Positions 51,071-64,000 of a stretch of DNA of 64,000 nt are shown here, in pieces. The stretch comes from Octopus bimaculoides (lineage: Eukaryota), in the NCBI RefSeq assembly GCF_001194135.2, contig NC_068994.1:47457362-47521361 (forward strand), given 5' to 3'. The notes beneath the pieces were generated by a model. It saw only the letters and a list, made by a program, of their open reading frames with translations, made no database searches and had not been told where the DNA came from. The position numbers were made by a program, and so were the translations under genes. Position 1 is the first letter of the stretch; every line of letters begins with the position of its first letter.

Positions 51071-51783
51071 AAAGCATGAAAGGCAAAGTTAACCATGCCA
51101 GAATTTGAACTCAGGAATACTGAGAGCTGGAGCAAACAAAGGCAGCAAAGTGGCAGTCAGATAGGATGCTTTGAGATATTTGTTCTGATTTTCTGTGCTC
51201 TGGGTTCAAATCCTGTCTAGGTCAACTTTGCTATTCATCTTTTCAGTGGGGGTTAATGGGTCATAAAGTTCTAGTCAAGAGATAGAGATGGGAGTCAAGT
51301 TTTCTATTTCTCTCTCTCTCTCACTCACTCACTCTCTCCCTCTCTCTCTCTCTCTCCCCCCCCCCTCTCTCTCTCAGCTATGTTGTGTGGTTGGTGAGTC
51401 ATGGGTGGCTATTCACTGTAACCCTTTCTCCAGAAATAGGGAATGAACAAACGAAGAGTCAATCACCTCTCCCCACATAAAAACTGACATGCTACTGGAC
51501 CTGTCAAAGAACAGTCTGATGTGGCATGCAGCACAGACAGAAAGTGAATTAAAGACTGTCTGAAGATTAGCAACTAACTATTTAATCCATTCAAATAATC
51601 TTAACACCTCACTTCATGCATTTAATTTTGTTTTGTGATTTAACAATTATTTCTTTCATATTTTTAAGATGTTCCAGTTACTTACATAGATGTTTTCTTC
51701 TTTTCTTTTCTTTTCTTTTCTTTTTTGTGTTATAGTTGTTTGGGAAATTTTTCACCATCTTGTTCTGTTCTTCTGCTTTTCAG

Positions 51784-52006
51784 ATATGTACGTACATTGT
51801 ACGCTAGCAGCCATGATTGTACTGCAGGGATAGACGGAGTTTTAGGCTTTGCAGCCGGAGATGAACTTGAAGTGTTGGCGCAACTGGATAAATCTTGGCT
51901 CTTCTGTGCCAACGGCCACCGTGAGGGCATCGTGCACATCCAGTGGGTCAAGCCACTCGATGACCAGTTAGTTTTTGAGACTCTTCACGACAATTTCTAC
52001 CGCTGA
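51784..52006 (+). CDS. RUSC2: Terminal coding exon with SH3 domain (YVRTLYASSHD...LGFAAGDELEVLAQLDKSWLFCANGHREGIVHIQWVKPL...YR*)
   Basis: ctgcttttcag acceptor at 51783; ALY-like, L.F..GD.L.VL, W and G.V SH3 signature; TGA at 52004-52006. Confidence 0.9.
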
Positions 52007-52042
52007 GAGTTGGAATGAAAGAAAAGTAAGAAAAAGAAAGAA

Positions 52043-52048
52043 AATAAA
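52043..52048 (+). other. First AATAAA after the stop codon, possible proximal polyadenylation signal
   Basis: Hexamer 37 nt after the stop. The surroundings are A-rich, so specificity is low. Confidence 0.25.
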
Positions 52049-52129
52049 TTTTAAAAAATTAAAAGACTACAAGCAATCAAAAACAACATTATATAAATGA
52101 TGATGATAATAATAATAATAATAATGATG

Positions 52130-52170
<41 letters not shown>

Positions 52171-52276
52171 TTTATTTCAATTGGCTAGAAAATTTTAACT
52201 GAAAAACCATGATCATTCTCTGTGCAGTTCTCTTTGATTTCAGTTCATGATTTATGTGTATATATATATATGTGTT

Positions 52277-52320
<44 letters not shown>

Positions 52321-52437
52321 TCTGTGTGTCTATGTATGCATATATAAATATATGTGCATACACTCACACGTATACATTTAAAACTATGTATTTTTATTGA
52401 AAAGTTGCCTCGAGCCACTGCTGCCGTGCTGCTCCAG

Positions 52438-52482
<45 letters not shown>

Positions 52483-52626
52483 AAGCATGCTCACATACTG
52501 CTCCCTTATTTTCTTCCTTGATGTTTTTATCAATTTGTCTAGCTATTTATTTATTTCTCTATGTCCCTGTTTATTTATCCTGTTTGCAATCTCTCTCTGT
52601 ATTTCTTTGTCTACATATCCATCTCT

Positions 52627-52665
<39 letters not shown>

Positions 52666-53026
52666 GTCAGCTATCTTTTTTCTTCTATGTCTATCCATAA
52701 CCTCTCTATTTTTGTTTTTATATGTAATGGTCAAGAAAAATTTCACAAAAGCCCTTATTTTGTAATTAAATGTAAATATTTCTCTAAGATTGCAGGAATC
52801 ACACTAAAAGCTCCAAAGAAAGTGAAATATAATAAATGCAACAGGAAGTAAATTTATTGTTCTCCTCTCTTTTGCTCTCCTTCCTTTGTTCCTTTCATTG
52901 TTTCCTTCAAATCTACTCTTTTTCTTTGCCATATTACTTTCCACCTCGCATTCTGTCCTTTTTGGCTTTCCTTCGTGTTTCTTATTTTTCATTCAGTGTC
53001 CTTTTGATTCCATTCAAATTCTTTTT

Positions 53027-53093
<67 letters not shown>

Positions 53094-53649
53094 ATGCGCG
53101 CGTGTATGTGCATGTGCCCTTCTCAATTCATTCTTCATGTCAAAATGGCCGACATCTCATGGTTCATCAGTACTTGGTTGCTTTCCCCCTTAACTCCTAT
53201 CATTCTCTTCTCTTCCCTCAACTAACCACTACTAACACTATTTTCATTGCTGCTACTAATACTACTACTAATACTACTACTGCTACTAACTTCCATCCAT
53301 TACTATGAAATGGCATAACAGTTATATGTATTAAACTACAGCCCACTTCCCAGTGTACTAGTCAAAATTATATTAGTATTCCAAGTTCAGTTTCCCATAC
53401 ACCTGCTCACCAACAAATCCTAAAATCAACTTTTCACCAACAAACTCTAAAATCAACTTTTCACTTCTAGATAGGGAATAATGTTGTCTTTGAAGTCTAC
53501 TAATGTGATGCGATGCCATTTTCACATATCAAAGCTGAAGAGTTGTCTCATTAGTTATCTCTCATAAATAAGGTTGTAATAGATTAATTATTAGCCAGTT
53601 ATTACTTGGTCATCTAACTATATTAAACAACTGTAATTGATTCTATGTG

Positions 53650-56400
53650 TTATTATTACTGGGGTGGAGGAATGGCAAAATCATTAGTGCACTGGACAAA
53701 ATGCCTTGTAGTATTCTGGCTCTTTACAGTCAGAGCTCAAATCTTCCCATGATCAACTTTGCTTCCCATCCTTTCAAGGACAATAAAACAAAGCTGCAGT
53801 CAAATTCTGTGATCCATGTAATTGATTAATCTTCTACCCTCCTCTTGAAATTATTAGCTCCAAATTAGAAATAAAATATTATTAGGGCAGTGAATGGTAG
53901 AATTGGTTGCAAAATGGATAAAATGCCTTGCTATAGTTTTGCTATGACCTTTATATTCTGAGTTCAAACCCCAACCAAGATCAACTTGGGCTTTCATTCT
54001 TCCAGGGCTGATAAAATAAAGTAACAGTCAAGTACTGATGTTGATGTAATCGGTTATCCCCACATCCCAAGTTTCCGGCCTTTTGTCAACATTAGAAACA
54101 ATTATTATTATAATCATTATCATTAGGAGGGCAATGGGTGACTGTATTGATAGTATTGAACAAACTATCCCATGTTATTTATATCCATTTTATGTTCTGA
54201 ATTCTAATCCCACCAGGGGTGGTTACAGTTAACTTCAGTTTTCATCCTTTTATGACCTGAAGTTTAGTAACTAAGTATCCGTCAAGTATTGAAGTTAATA
54301 TAGTCACTTATACTCCTCTCCACACACTGAGCAAACCTACATTAAAAATTGTTGTTGTTGTGTTTGTTGTAATTAAGTTGAAAGGGAGGTAATGTCATTG
54401 CAAAGACGAGAGAGCAACTCAACTCGAAACTGCTTTGTTGCTATTAATATTTTCTTTTACTGCTGCTTTGTTCTCAGTTGTACTTTATTTCCTAGCCCTT
54501 GCTGCTAGATGTACTAGCACCAACACCTCTAAACCAATTACTGCTACTACTATTACTACTGTTTTTGTTTCTCCAAGACTTCTGATAACCCACATCTTTA
54601 TAATTATGCTAATGGCTTTTGGTATCAGCTTTGAAGATGTGATCCTTGAAATTATGATGAAGTCTTGAAATCTCTATATCTCTGGCTTCACAATTTGATG
54701 TCAGATGTAATTTTTACTGTTACTGTTTGTTTGTTGAGCCACTGCTGGGTATAATGCTACAAGCCAAAGTGTTGATGGTACATAGCCATCAAGTTTACTG
54801 ACTGGTAGGAATAGTCTACCTGGCTGTAAATAGGTCTTGCAATTCTACTCAGCCCATCTAACCATGTTAGTTGCTACAGGGATGTACAATCCACTTCATT
54901 GTTTATCAGTTTATTAGATATTATTATGCAGTTCATCTTTCTCTAAATTAAGAAACTGTTTATGGCTGTTAATAGCATTGTCAGGAGTGGATTGGCAGAA
55001 TTGTTAAATTGCTTTGAGGTATTCAGTTAAAACCTTTTACATTCTGAGTTCAAATTCAAATAAGATCAACTTTGCCTTTTAATCTTCTGGCATTGGTAAA
55101 ATAATGTACCAGTTCAGTTAATTACTCTTCTCTTCAAATTTGTGGTTTTGTGTTTCTGTTAGAAATTTTACTATTTTTATTGTCATCAAAGTGTGAATGA
55201 CAGAAAAAAAAATCCCCTACCAAACTAGAAATTATTGCAAAATTATTACATTATTTAGTTCTGTCCTTCTAGGTTCCAAGTTCAATTCTTGACAAGGTTG
55301 ACTTTGTGCTTTGTTGACATCCTTGTGCTTAAGTTAGACATAATAAAAAAAATAATAATTACTATCATTCATTCATATAGCAACAAGCAATAGTCATTAT
55401 AGTAGTAGTAATAGCAGCAGGTGTGTTATAATGCAGCATTAGGTTCATGGGGATGTGAGCCTAGGCTCAGGATTGTTACTGCTCTCTACCCCTTCGAGCA
55501 GGGCATGAGCATTACAACATCCTGTTTTCTCCTTCCCTTTAAAAAGTGATCGTTAAATACCACTGTGGTAGCTATGCAATAATATCTTATGAAAGCTTTC
55601 TCTTCTTTCTTCCAAATCTTTATTTATCCGCTTCATTTTATTAATTGATATTCCTGCTATTCCCATCTCAATTACCACCATCACCACCTGGAGTTTTCTT
55701 TCTCCTTTAACATCTCAGACATTCTAACTTTACTTAATCAACTCCAAATTCTCAATCTTTAGTATTCTTTTCAATAATTGTTCTTTTTTTTTTTCCTTCC
55801 CTCTGTCTGTTGTTGTTGTCTTCAAAACCCCTTTTTTAAATATTTCCAGTAGTTTAAAAGTTATTAGCAAAACACAGAAACACACAGAAATATGCCACAG
55901 GCATTGAAATTATTACTACTCCTGTCGGATTACAAATTTTTACAAATATAATTAATATTCATAATTCTGTTAATATGCATTATTTAATTTCTTTTATCAT
56001 TGGGTTTTGTGTAAAAATAATTTCATTAAAACTTACTAACAGCTTGTTAAAGATATTTTATACTGGATGTAGGAATCAATGAAATAAGTTCAATGCAAGT
56101 ACTGTGATCAATATGATCGATTTGTTGTCTCTTGTCTAAATTAGAAGGCATTTTTATCTTATTGTTCACAGCAGGGAAATGAGTTGGCAAAAATCATTTC
56201 AGTATCAGACAAAATGCCTCATGGTATTTGCTCTGCCTATTTGTATTCTGAGATCAAATCACTCCAAGATCAACTTTGCCATTCATCCTTCCAGGGTCAA
56301 AAAACCTGAATCTCCAGTCTAGTACTGGGGCTGATGTAATCAACTGAACACAACTCCTTAAAACTGCTGGCCTTTTGCATAAATTAGAAAATATTATTAA
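53650..56400 (+). mobile_element. Series of at least five degenerate family B SINEs downstream of the gene (about 53650, 53885, 54130, 54985, 56170)
   Basis: Recurrent ctgagttcaaa / gatcaactttgc / ttcatcc motifs with (ATT)n junctions. Confidence 0.65.
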
Positions 56401-59400
56401 TTTTTTTCTCTAAAGTTTAGATTAAAATTTTTTTTAAATGAAAATAGTCATATCTATTTTAGAAAGAACTAATAGGTTTTCTTATATTAAACTGAATTTA
56501 ATAGCAATAAATTTCACGATCCTTCTTTTAAATCTCTCCGATAAAATTTACCATTACTAGCATTTCCATCTACTTTTCATTAACCATTTCAAACAACATA
56601 GATTGCTTTAAATTCTTCTTGACACACACACATACACACAGACATAATAATCCCACCAAATGTATTTGTACATCTATGTGTGTGATCTATATTTCTGCTA
56701 GTTTGTCTTCTATAGTTTTTTTTTTTACCTTTCCTATGGCAAGCGTTTCATCACTCTTAACAAGCTTGTAAGAACTGTTATCTCCAAAGACATTCAAATT
56801 CACATAAATTCATCATCATCAGCAGCAGCAGCAGCATCTCAACAAAGTTCAAATCCCACCTGGGTCTATTTCAGCTTTGATTTTCAACCTTTTGGTGAAA
56901 TGAGTACCAGCCAGTCATGTACTGGTATTGATTGCACCAACTACATCTCCCACCAGAAAAGAAAAAATGTGTGCCCTGCTCAAAATCTAAAACAAATTAT
57001 TACTTTTATTGATGCCTTTCCTGTGTGAGTTTTCAAAATGTTTTTTCTTATTGTTGTTCTTGTTTACAAGATCAGCTTTTTAATTTATTTTTACTTTCTA
57101 ATTTTTGTGTGCACTTATCAGTTTTTTTTTATTTACTTTCGTTTATTGTGATATTTTGATTTTTCTGGGGGTTTTTTTTTTGCATTGGTACCTCAAGCCA
57201 TCGTCCTTTGCCATCGTCTGTAATCCCACACCCTGCTACCATAAAGTTTCTCCCACCCTACTTCTGTATCTCTCTCCTCCTTCTTTTATCTAGTAATAAC
57301 AAGAGTGAAATTTTGGAATAATTGGCAGCTTACTTCTTCTATCAAGGAGACTTATACAGTTGATGAGTTTCGCACTAACCCTTACCCAATTGTTTTGTAA
57401 TCCCATTAGTATTATTATTATTATTATTGCCATTTATATATCTTTATATAAATAATGCTAATAATGGTATCATTTATTATTACTGACCTCAGAGGCCAAG
57501 GAAATAGTTGGTCTTGTGCTAAATTTAGAAATCAATAATAATGATGATAATAATAATAATACTGTTTTGAAAGCCTATGCTTATATAACCTTTCGCCCTT
57601 TTTTTCGTCCAACATACTCAGCAGCTTTGGGGATGGATTTTTATCACATTAGAAGATCACAAAAAAGGAATGGGTGGTAATTGTTTTTTTATTCTTTGGG
57701 GGGAATTTTTTGGGGTGGGTGGAGTAAAAATAGTGCCATTACTACTAACAATAATAATTTGAACACTAAATGCAGTGGTAAGATCCATTTAGCAAAGAAT
57801 ATATGCAGAGCTTGGCAGACCAAGCTGATTCAAATCTGCAAGATCGATTTCAATGGCTTGTACTAACTGATATGACAATAACAAGAAAAGTAATGCCTGC
57901 ATTATTCTAAATGGTTCTTGTAGATTTATTCTGTTGTCTTACATGTCTTGGTGCTTTTTTTTTTGTTATCTTTTGATAACCACCAAATTTAAATGCCTCC
58001 CTGTTTTACAGGATCAGGAAAACATCTAGGATGAATAGAAAATTGAAATAGTAGCTAATGGGCTTTTAGATAAAATATCTTATGGCCAATTCCTTGTGTT
58101 ATTGAGCAACACACATAAATTTGCAGTGGCTCATTTAATCTAAATAGAAAGGAAATGGTTGTATGGGTATGGCATTGTGATAACACTTCAAAGGTCTCAA
58201 GTTCAAATCCACTGCAGGACATTTTGTTGCATATTTAGGAAGTAAAACATTTCTTCCAATGCTCTTCAGTTTGCTGTCATAAATAATTACCAGAGCCTCC
58301 ATGAATGTTAGCTGTGATGGATACACTGGCATTCCAACAAAGGTGTGATTTGTATCTCATCTTGTTAATAGCATGTAATCAAAGACAAATCATTAATCTT
58401 TTAAATATGTCTTGGGAAAACTTAGGAGACATTTACATGTTGATTTTTTGGTTTATTTGTTTTTAGCAAATCAGGGTTACATGTTTGATAATTTAGGAAT
58501 ATTATCTACAGCAGCCTGGTATCCTATCCTGAGGATGTCTTATCTGTCATCTGCTTAACTTCAGTAAACAAGAGTTCAGCAGCAATAGACCTTTGTTTCT
58601 ATTAGTTTTCCATATCCAAGACACATGAATATCGTGATCAAATTGATTTCTTTTTTTTTTTTTTTGTTATCTCCATTGATAATTGGGAGTTTTAGGTTGG
58701 AGATGAAGAAAACACCTTTTGTGTAATTTTAAGGTAGATGATGCTTTTGTAAACCCTTTTATTTGTTTTTGTTTTGTTACCCCTGTTGCTGAAGTCTCTC
58801 CAAGAAGTTCATTGCATTTCAGAATTAGTAAAGCTTCAGACAAAATCCCTATGATATTTAGTCACATATCTTTACATTCTGAGTTCAAATCCTGCCAAGG
58901 TCAACTTTGATTTCCATCTTTCCAGACTTAATAACATAAGAACCAATCAAATGCTTGTGTTAACAGACTAACAGTACCTTTCTTAAAAGATAATGATCAT
59001 TATTATGGAACACTATTATATTTTTCCTTTGTGGTAGCATTAACATACTGCAATTTCTTCACCTACTAAATCTATAACCTAGTCTCAATTCACATTTCAA
59101 ATTACATTTTTTACCACTTAATGATAAGACAAGCATAAGGAGTAAGAATTCCCACTCAATATCCTCTGCCTCCCCAAAATATGTGGCTTCATTCCTTTGT
59201 AAAAAAAAATATTATTGTTATTATTTTCTTAAGCAAATGTCTTATTAGACTTCTTGCTTGAGTTGCAATATATTTTAATCTTTTTTGGCTTCAGGTNNNN
59301 NNNNNNATATATATATATATATATATATAGATATATGGTAATGATAATAATAATGTTTGTTTGTTTCGTTTTGCACAATGAATAAACCTCTATTAGATCC

Positions 59401-61387
59401 TCTCATCAAAGATTTGGTCTAGAAAATGACTTTAACTGCTCCACAGATAATTTCTAAAGATTGATGGATAGGTGAATGATAGGATATGAATCATCCAGCA
59501 ATTTATTAAATAATTGTGTTGTTAAGTACTTACCATCTGTTGGCTGACAGGATAAGGTTTTGAACTATCTGTTTTTGAGTCAGAGGTTCAAACTCTACTG
59601 TTAGAATTTCTTTGTTTTTCTGTTGTGGCCAGAGCACTTTATTTTATACTATCTCGGTTTATCTGGTTGTCTTGGATTACTTACCAAACAAACTGAGAGT
59701 AATGTGATCTTGGAGTTGAATTGACTAATCATGTTGGTATGCCAACATATCATTGGATTTTGACTCTGGGCTCCTGACCACAAGCAGTTTGCACAACATC
59801 TTATCCTACACTAAAATCATTGCTCACAGAGCACCAACTCCATGAAGACTTCTTAAATCACAAGACATTCTCATTTCATGTATATATGTAGTCTTTGGAA
59901 ATTGTTTCCCCACATTACACAAACTAAGTAGTTTTCCATTATTTTAACTTGAATAATTAAAATTTTTATTTGTCTTAACTACTCTCGTTATGTACGTACA
60001 TATCTATAACTAAAAGAAGCAGTTTTTTTTTTTATAGCTTGTGAACTCTCTGCTTAGATTTCATTGTATATCACTTTGTCACTTGAACATACGCTGACAT
60101 ATGTATAAGGATTTAATATAATTGCTTTAAGGTTGCACTGTCTATTTGCTAAGAACTTCTTACTATTGCTGTAAAGTGTTACACAATATTGAAGAAGTTT
60201 CTTCTATCTGTGGAGGTCAGTTATAAAGATATATATATATATATATATATATATANNNNNNNNNNNNNNNNNNNNNNNNNNNNNNNNNNNNNNNNNNNNN
60301 NNNNNNNNNNNNNNNNNNNNNNNNNNNNNNNNNNNNNNNNNNNNNNNNNNNNNNNNNNNNNNNNNNNNNNNNNNNNNNNNNNNNNNNNNNNNNNNNNNNN
60401 NNNNNNNNNNNNNNNNNNNNNNNNNNNNNNNNNNNNNNNNNNNNNNNNNNNNNNNNNNNNNNNNNNNNNNNNNNNNNNNNNNNNNNATATATATAAAAGA
60501 CAGCTAGATCAAGAATTTATATTTCAAATTTTGAAACAGATTTCACTTTTGTGTGAATATTTTCGATTTTCAAGCCTGTTATATGTTGTTTGCATACAAA
60601 CAGGTCTTTAATGCTTTCGGCCTGTTTCTGCAAATGAGAGGATTTTAGTGTGATTCTTTTTTTTTTTTTCCTGGTAGTTAGGGGTTTGAAGTTAACCAAG
60701 AGCACCGATTTTATTATTTTTTAAATATTTTTTCCAAATTTGTTACATTTTGTTAACTTTCTTTTTCGGTTTTTGCTTTTGTTTTTGTTAAAACTCACCA
60801 GGAAAGTGTAAAAAATTTTTTTTGATATTTTATCCCTTATTTGAGAAGGATAGAGCTTGAAAGGAAGGAATTTGGAAATGAATTAACCAACTTACCCCTT
60901 CTTGCTCTGCATAAAATGCATATGTAGTATGTGTGTATGTGAGCATGTATACATGTATAATATTCATTATATATTCTCATGCACACACATATACACATGG
61001 ACATACAGAGTTTGTTTTGCTATGCATCTTTGTCATGAGGAGATAACTGGATTCATTACAAGTTAAGAAGTAAATTACTAAACCACTAACATTAAACTAA
61101 TCACTTGGGATTTTTTTCAATTTTTGCTTTTGGTTTTATTTTAATTTATTTTTTGTATTTATTCATTTATATCACACCTGTAACACACAGATGATCAGTT
61201 TAAATCAACTATTTCCTTCCCTTGTAAATTTTTTCTTTATTTTCATTTTTTTTTTTGCTATTGAAATCATCATCATCATTATTATTATTATTATTATTTT
61301 ATATTTGTTACTTTTAAGTATTATTTATGTATATTTTTCTCGTTTCTTTTCCTTTTTATTTTTCATATAGACAGATATTAAGATTAC

Positions 61388-61423
<36 letters not shown>

Positions 61424-63283
61424 CATCATCAACCTCTGAGGGCTGAAAAGATAATGTTCTTATTTGTATTTCTAAGTTCAAGAAAGACTTTACTTCTCTT
61501 CCACCCAGGTTCAATGAAATATGTTGTCAGTTTATGTATTACAGTCAATTCAACTAATCATACCTCTGTTCTATCTTAGAAGTTTGTGGTTTTGGTGGCC
61601 AGTGCAAGAAATCTGTTTAATCATTGTTAATATATTTATAAGAAGTTATTATAATCATAAACAATTATTATTATTATTATCATCATCATCATCAGTGAAA
61701 AATTTTGCCCAGGTGGTAGAGAACTGGATGATCTAATGCATTAGCTCAACAATGTCAGCTTTAGCCCATCATTTCTCCAGGCACAATAAATTAAGGAAAA
61801 ATAATGACGTGAAAAACAAGACAAATAATAAAAACTATAATAACAACAATAGATCTGAAAGTTATGAGGATACTGCTTTTGATAATAGTGTTGGTAAATA
61901 ATTCATTGTAAAATTTCTTCTTTTTTTTTTTTTGTAGGAATTTGACATTATTATCTCTGGTTCTATCAAATCTCTCTGTCTTAAAGCAAAATAGAAAAAT
62001 AGATAAATCACATAAATATATGAAAAGAAACAACAATAATTAAAAGAAGGTTAAAAGTAAAGACCATACCACTTGCATTTTTAGTTTGTTCATCAAGGCA
62101 TGAAATAATTTCATGGTTATTATTTATGATAACGTTGATTATTATTCATAATATTAAATAATAATAATTATTATTATTTAATAATAATTTTTATTATTTA
62201 ATAATAATGTTTATATTTTACATTGGAAAGGACTGAATGAGATGAATTTTTAATGTGCTTAAAATAAATTAAAGATTATTGGATTGTTCAAATTCCTCAT
62301 TCATGTTTCGATGAACACTAAATTTCAGTTGGTATCTTCTTTGAGAGTTTTCTGTTACCATATTTCTACGTACAGGTTACCTTTCATTGATGCATGCTTT
62401 TCCTTTAGTATAGGAAACATATAAACCCTTTGCTGTTCTAACCAAATGTGGTATTAAAGAATATGAATGGCTCAACATTACATTGGTTAACAAACACTTC
62501 AGTCACTTGTCCAATTAAACATACATACATATATATACATATATAATTATTTGAATGTAATTATTTAATGTCTTGACCAACAAATAAATGAACAATAAAA
62601 TATTAACAGGTTTTTCTCCTATGTATAGTTTTTCTTTTTTATATATATATATATATTTGTCTTTTCTTTGTCTCCCGGTTTCATATTCCATCTGCTTTTC
62701 TGCAACAACAACTACAACATTTTTTTTTCATTCAAAATGAAACTGTGCAATAAAATTTAATAAAATCTCATTATGATGATTAAATATAAATTTGTTTAAT
62801 TTGTTTAATTCAATGACTCATTAATTTCATCAGGTTGACAAAGTTTCTTTACAAGAGATTTAAAACCATTTTTTTTTCAATTTTATTTTAAAACTGTATG
62901 TTTGTAAATTAACACACACACACACAAACACACACAAAGCATTATTATTTAAAATATTTTGTGTTTATATTTTTTTCTTAATCTTCAATGCGTGCATTTT
63001 TTTTTTAATTATGTTAAAAATTTTTTTATGTGAATGGAAATATTATAAATAATAATAAAAATACTGAACACTTTCTCTTTTTGTAAATTGAACATAGGTT
63101 CACCTCCCACTATCACTATAACAATCATTACCATTACAAACGCCTTCTCTAAGAAAACTGCTATCCCTACTAAGATGACCTTTTACAACCAGCATTAACA
63201 AAAATATGAACAGTCATTTTAAGAAAATATCTATTGTTCAATTATTGATGTTTGATTGTTCCCTGTATATATACATATTTATT

Positions 63284-63337
<54 letters not shown>

Positions 63338-63670
63338 GATTGACTGTATGATGACAGAAAAAAGATACTCAATATAAGTAGCTGAGTTTATTTCTCCATT
63401 TGGAGTTGATTATTTACTATCACTACACTACTCTGAGTTTTTCCTTTGTGAACAACAGCAACAAATCCTTGTAATAGAGATACTACTTCAAAAATTGAGT
63501 GCTTTTTTTCTCATTTGTGCATTTAATTCATGTCAGTATGTATGTATATATATATATATATATATATGTATATACACACATATCTATAATATGCATATGT
63601 GTATGTATATATATATGTGTGTGTGTGTGTGGTGTGGGTGTATATATATAAATATGCAGGTGTGTATATA

Positions 63671-63732
<62 letters not shown>

Positions 63733-64000
63733 CACAAATATATATGTATTTGTTTATTTTTATGTCCATGCTACCATGGGTTAGACATATATTATTAAGG
63801 CTTCATTTTACAAGATGCCCTTTCTGTCACTAAAACCCTATCTGCTTTTTCAAGTAAGAGATTACTTAATTTACATGTCTTTAAAGGCATGAAACGAGCA
63901 GATGGTTTGTTGACAGGAAAAATATAAATAAACAAAAAAGGTGGCAGTGACCAGGGAAGATTTATACCCTGACACCCCTTTCCCCTGGTGTAGGCCTGTG

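Overview
AT-rich, microsatellite- and SINE-dense animal genomic DNA with many N gaps. The repeat families suggest a coleoid cephalopod, most likely Octopus (inference). One protein-coding gene on the + strand spans about 6.5-52.0 kb: a RUN and SH3 domain protein of the RUSC1/RUSC2 (NESCA/iporin) family. I assembled 8 phase-compatible GT-AG coding exons (6519-10152, 36693-36836, 37543-37619, 38416-38593, 42010-42115, 42426-42756, 43290-44644, 51784-52006), totalling 6048 nt or about 2015 aa. The protein has a ~1200-aa disordered N-terminus from a single giant exon, a RUN domain, a ~450-aa linker and a C-terminal SH3. Introns and flanks hold several tRNA-derived SINE families, decayed R4/Dong-like and RTE LINE fragments, hAT-, Tc1- and piggyBac-type MITEs, a Helentron-type HINE and a probable solo LTR. 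The most interesting signal is a set of non-autonomous elements with minimal Penelope-type hammerhead ribozyme folds, especially a tRNA-headed element with 91-bp inverted arms and a flanking direct repeat at 38707-39106. Other leads: a SINE family that chains into (ATT)n tracts, candidate RUN-less and SH3-less isoform exons, a strong-context uORF and PP1-docking-like motifs. There are no prokaryotic features, CRISPR arrays or intact rRNA/tRNA genes. Repeat boundaries are approximate and all homology calls come from motif recognition, not database searches.
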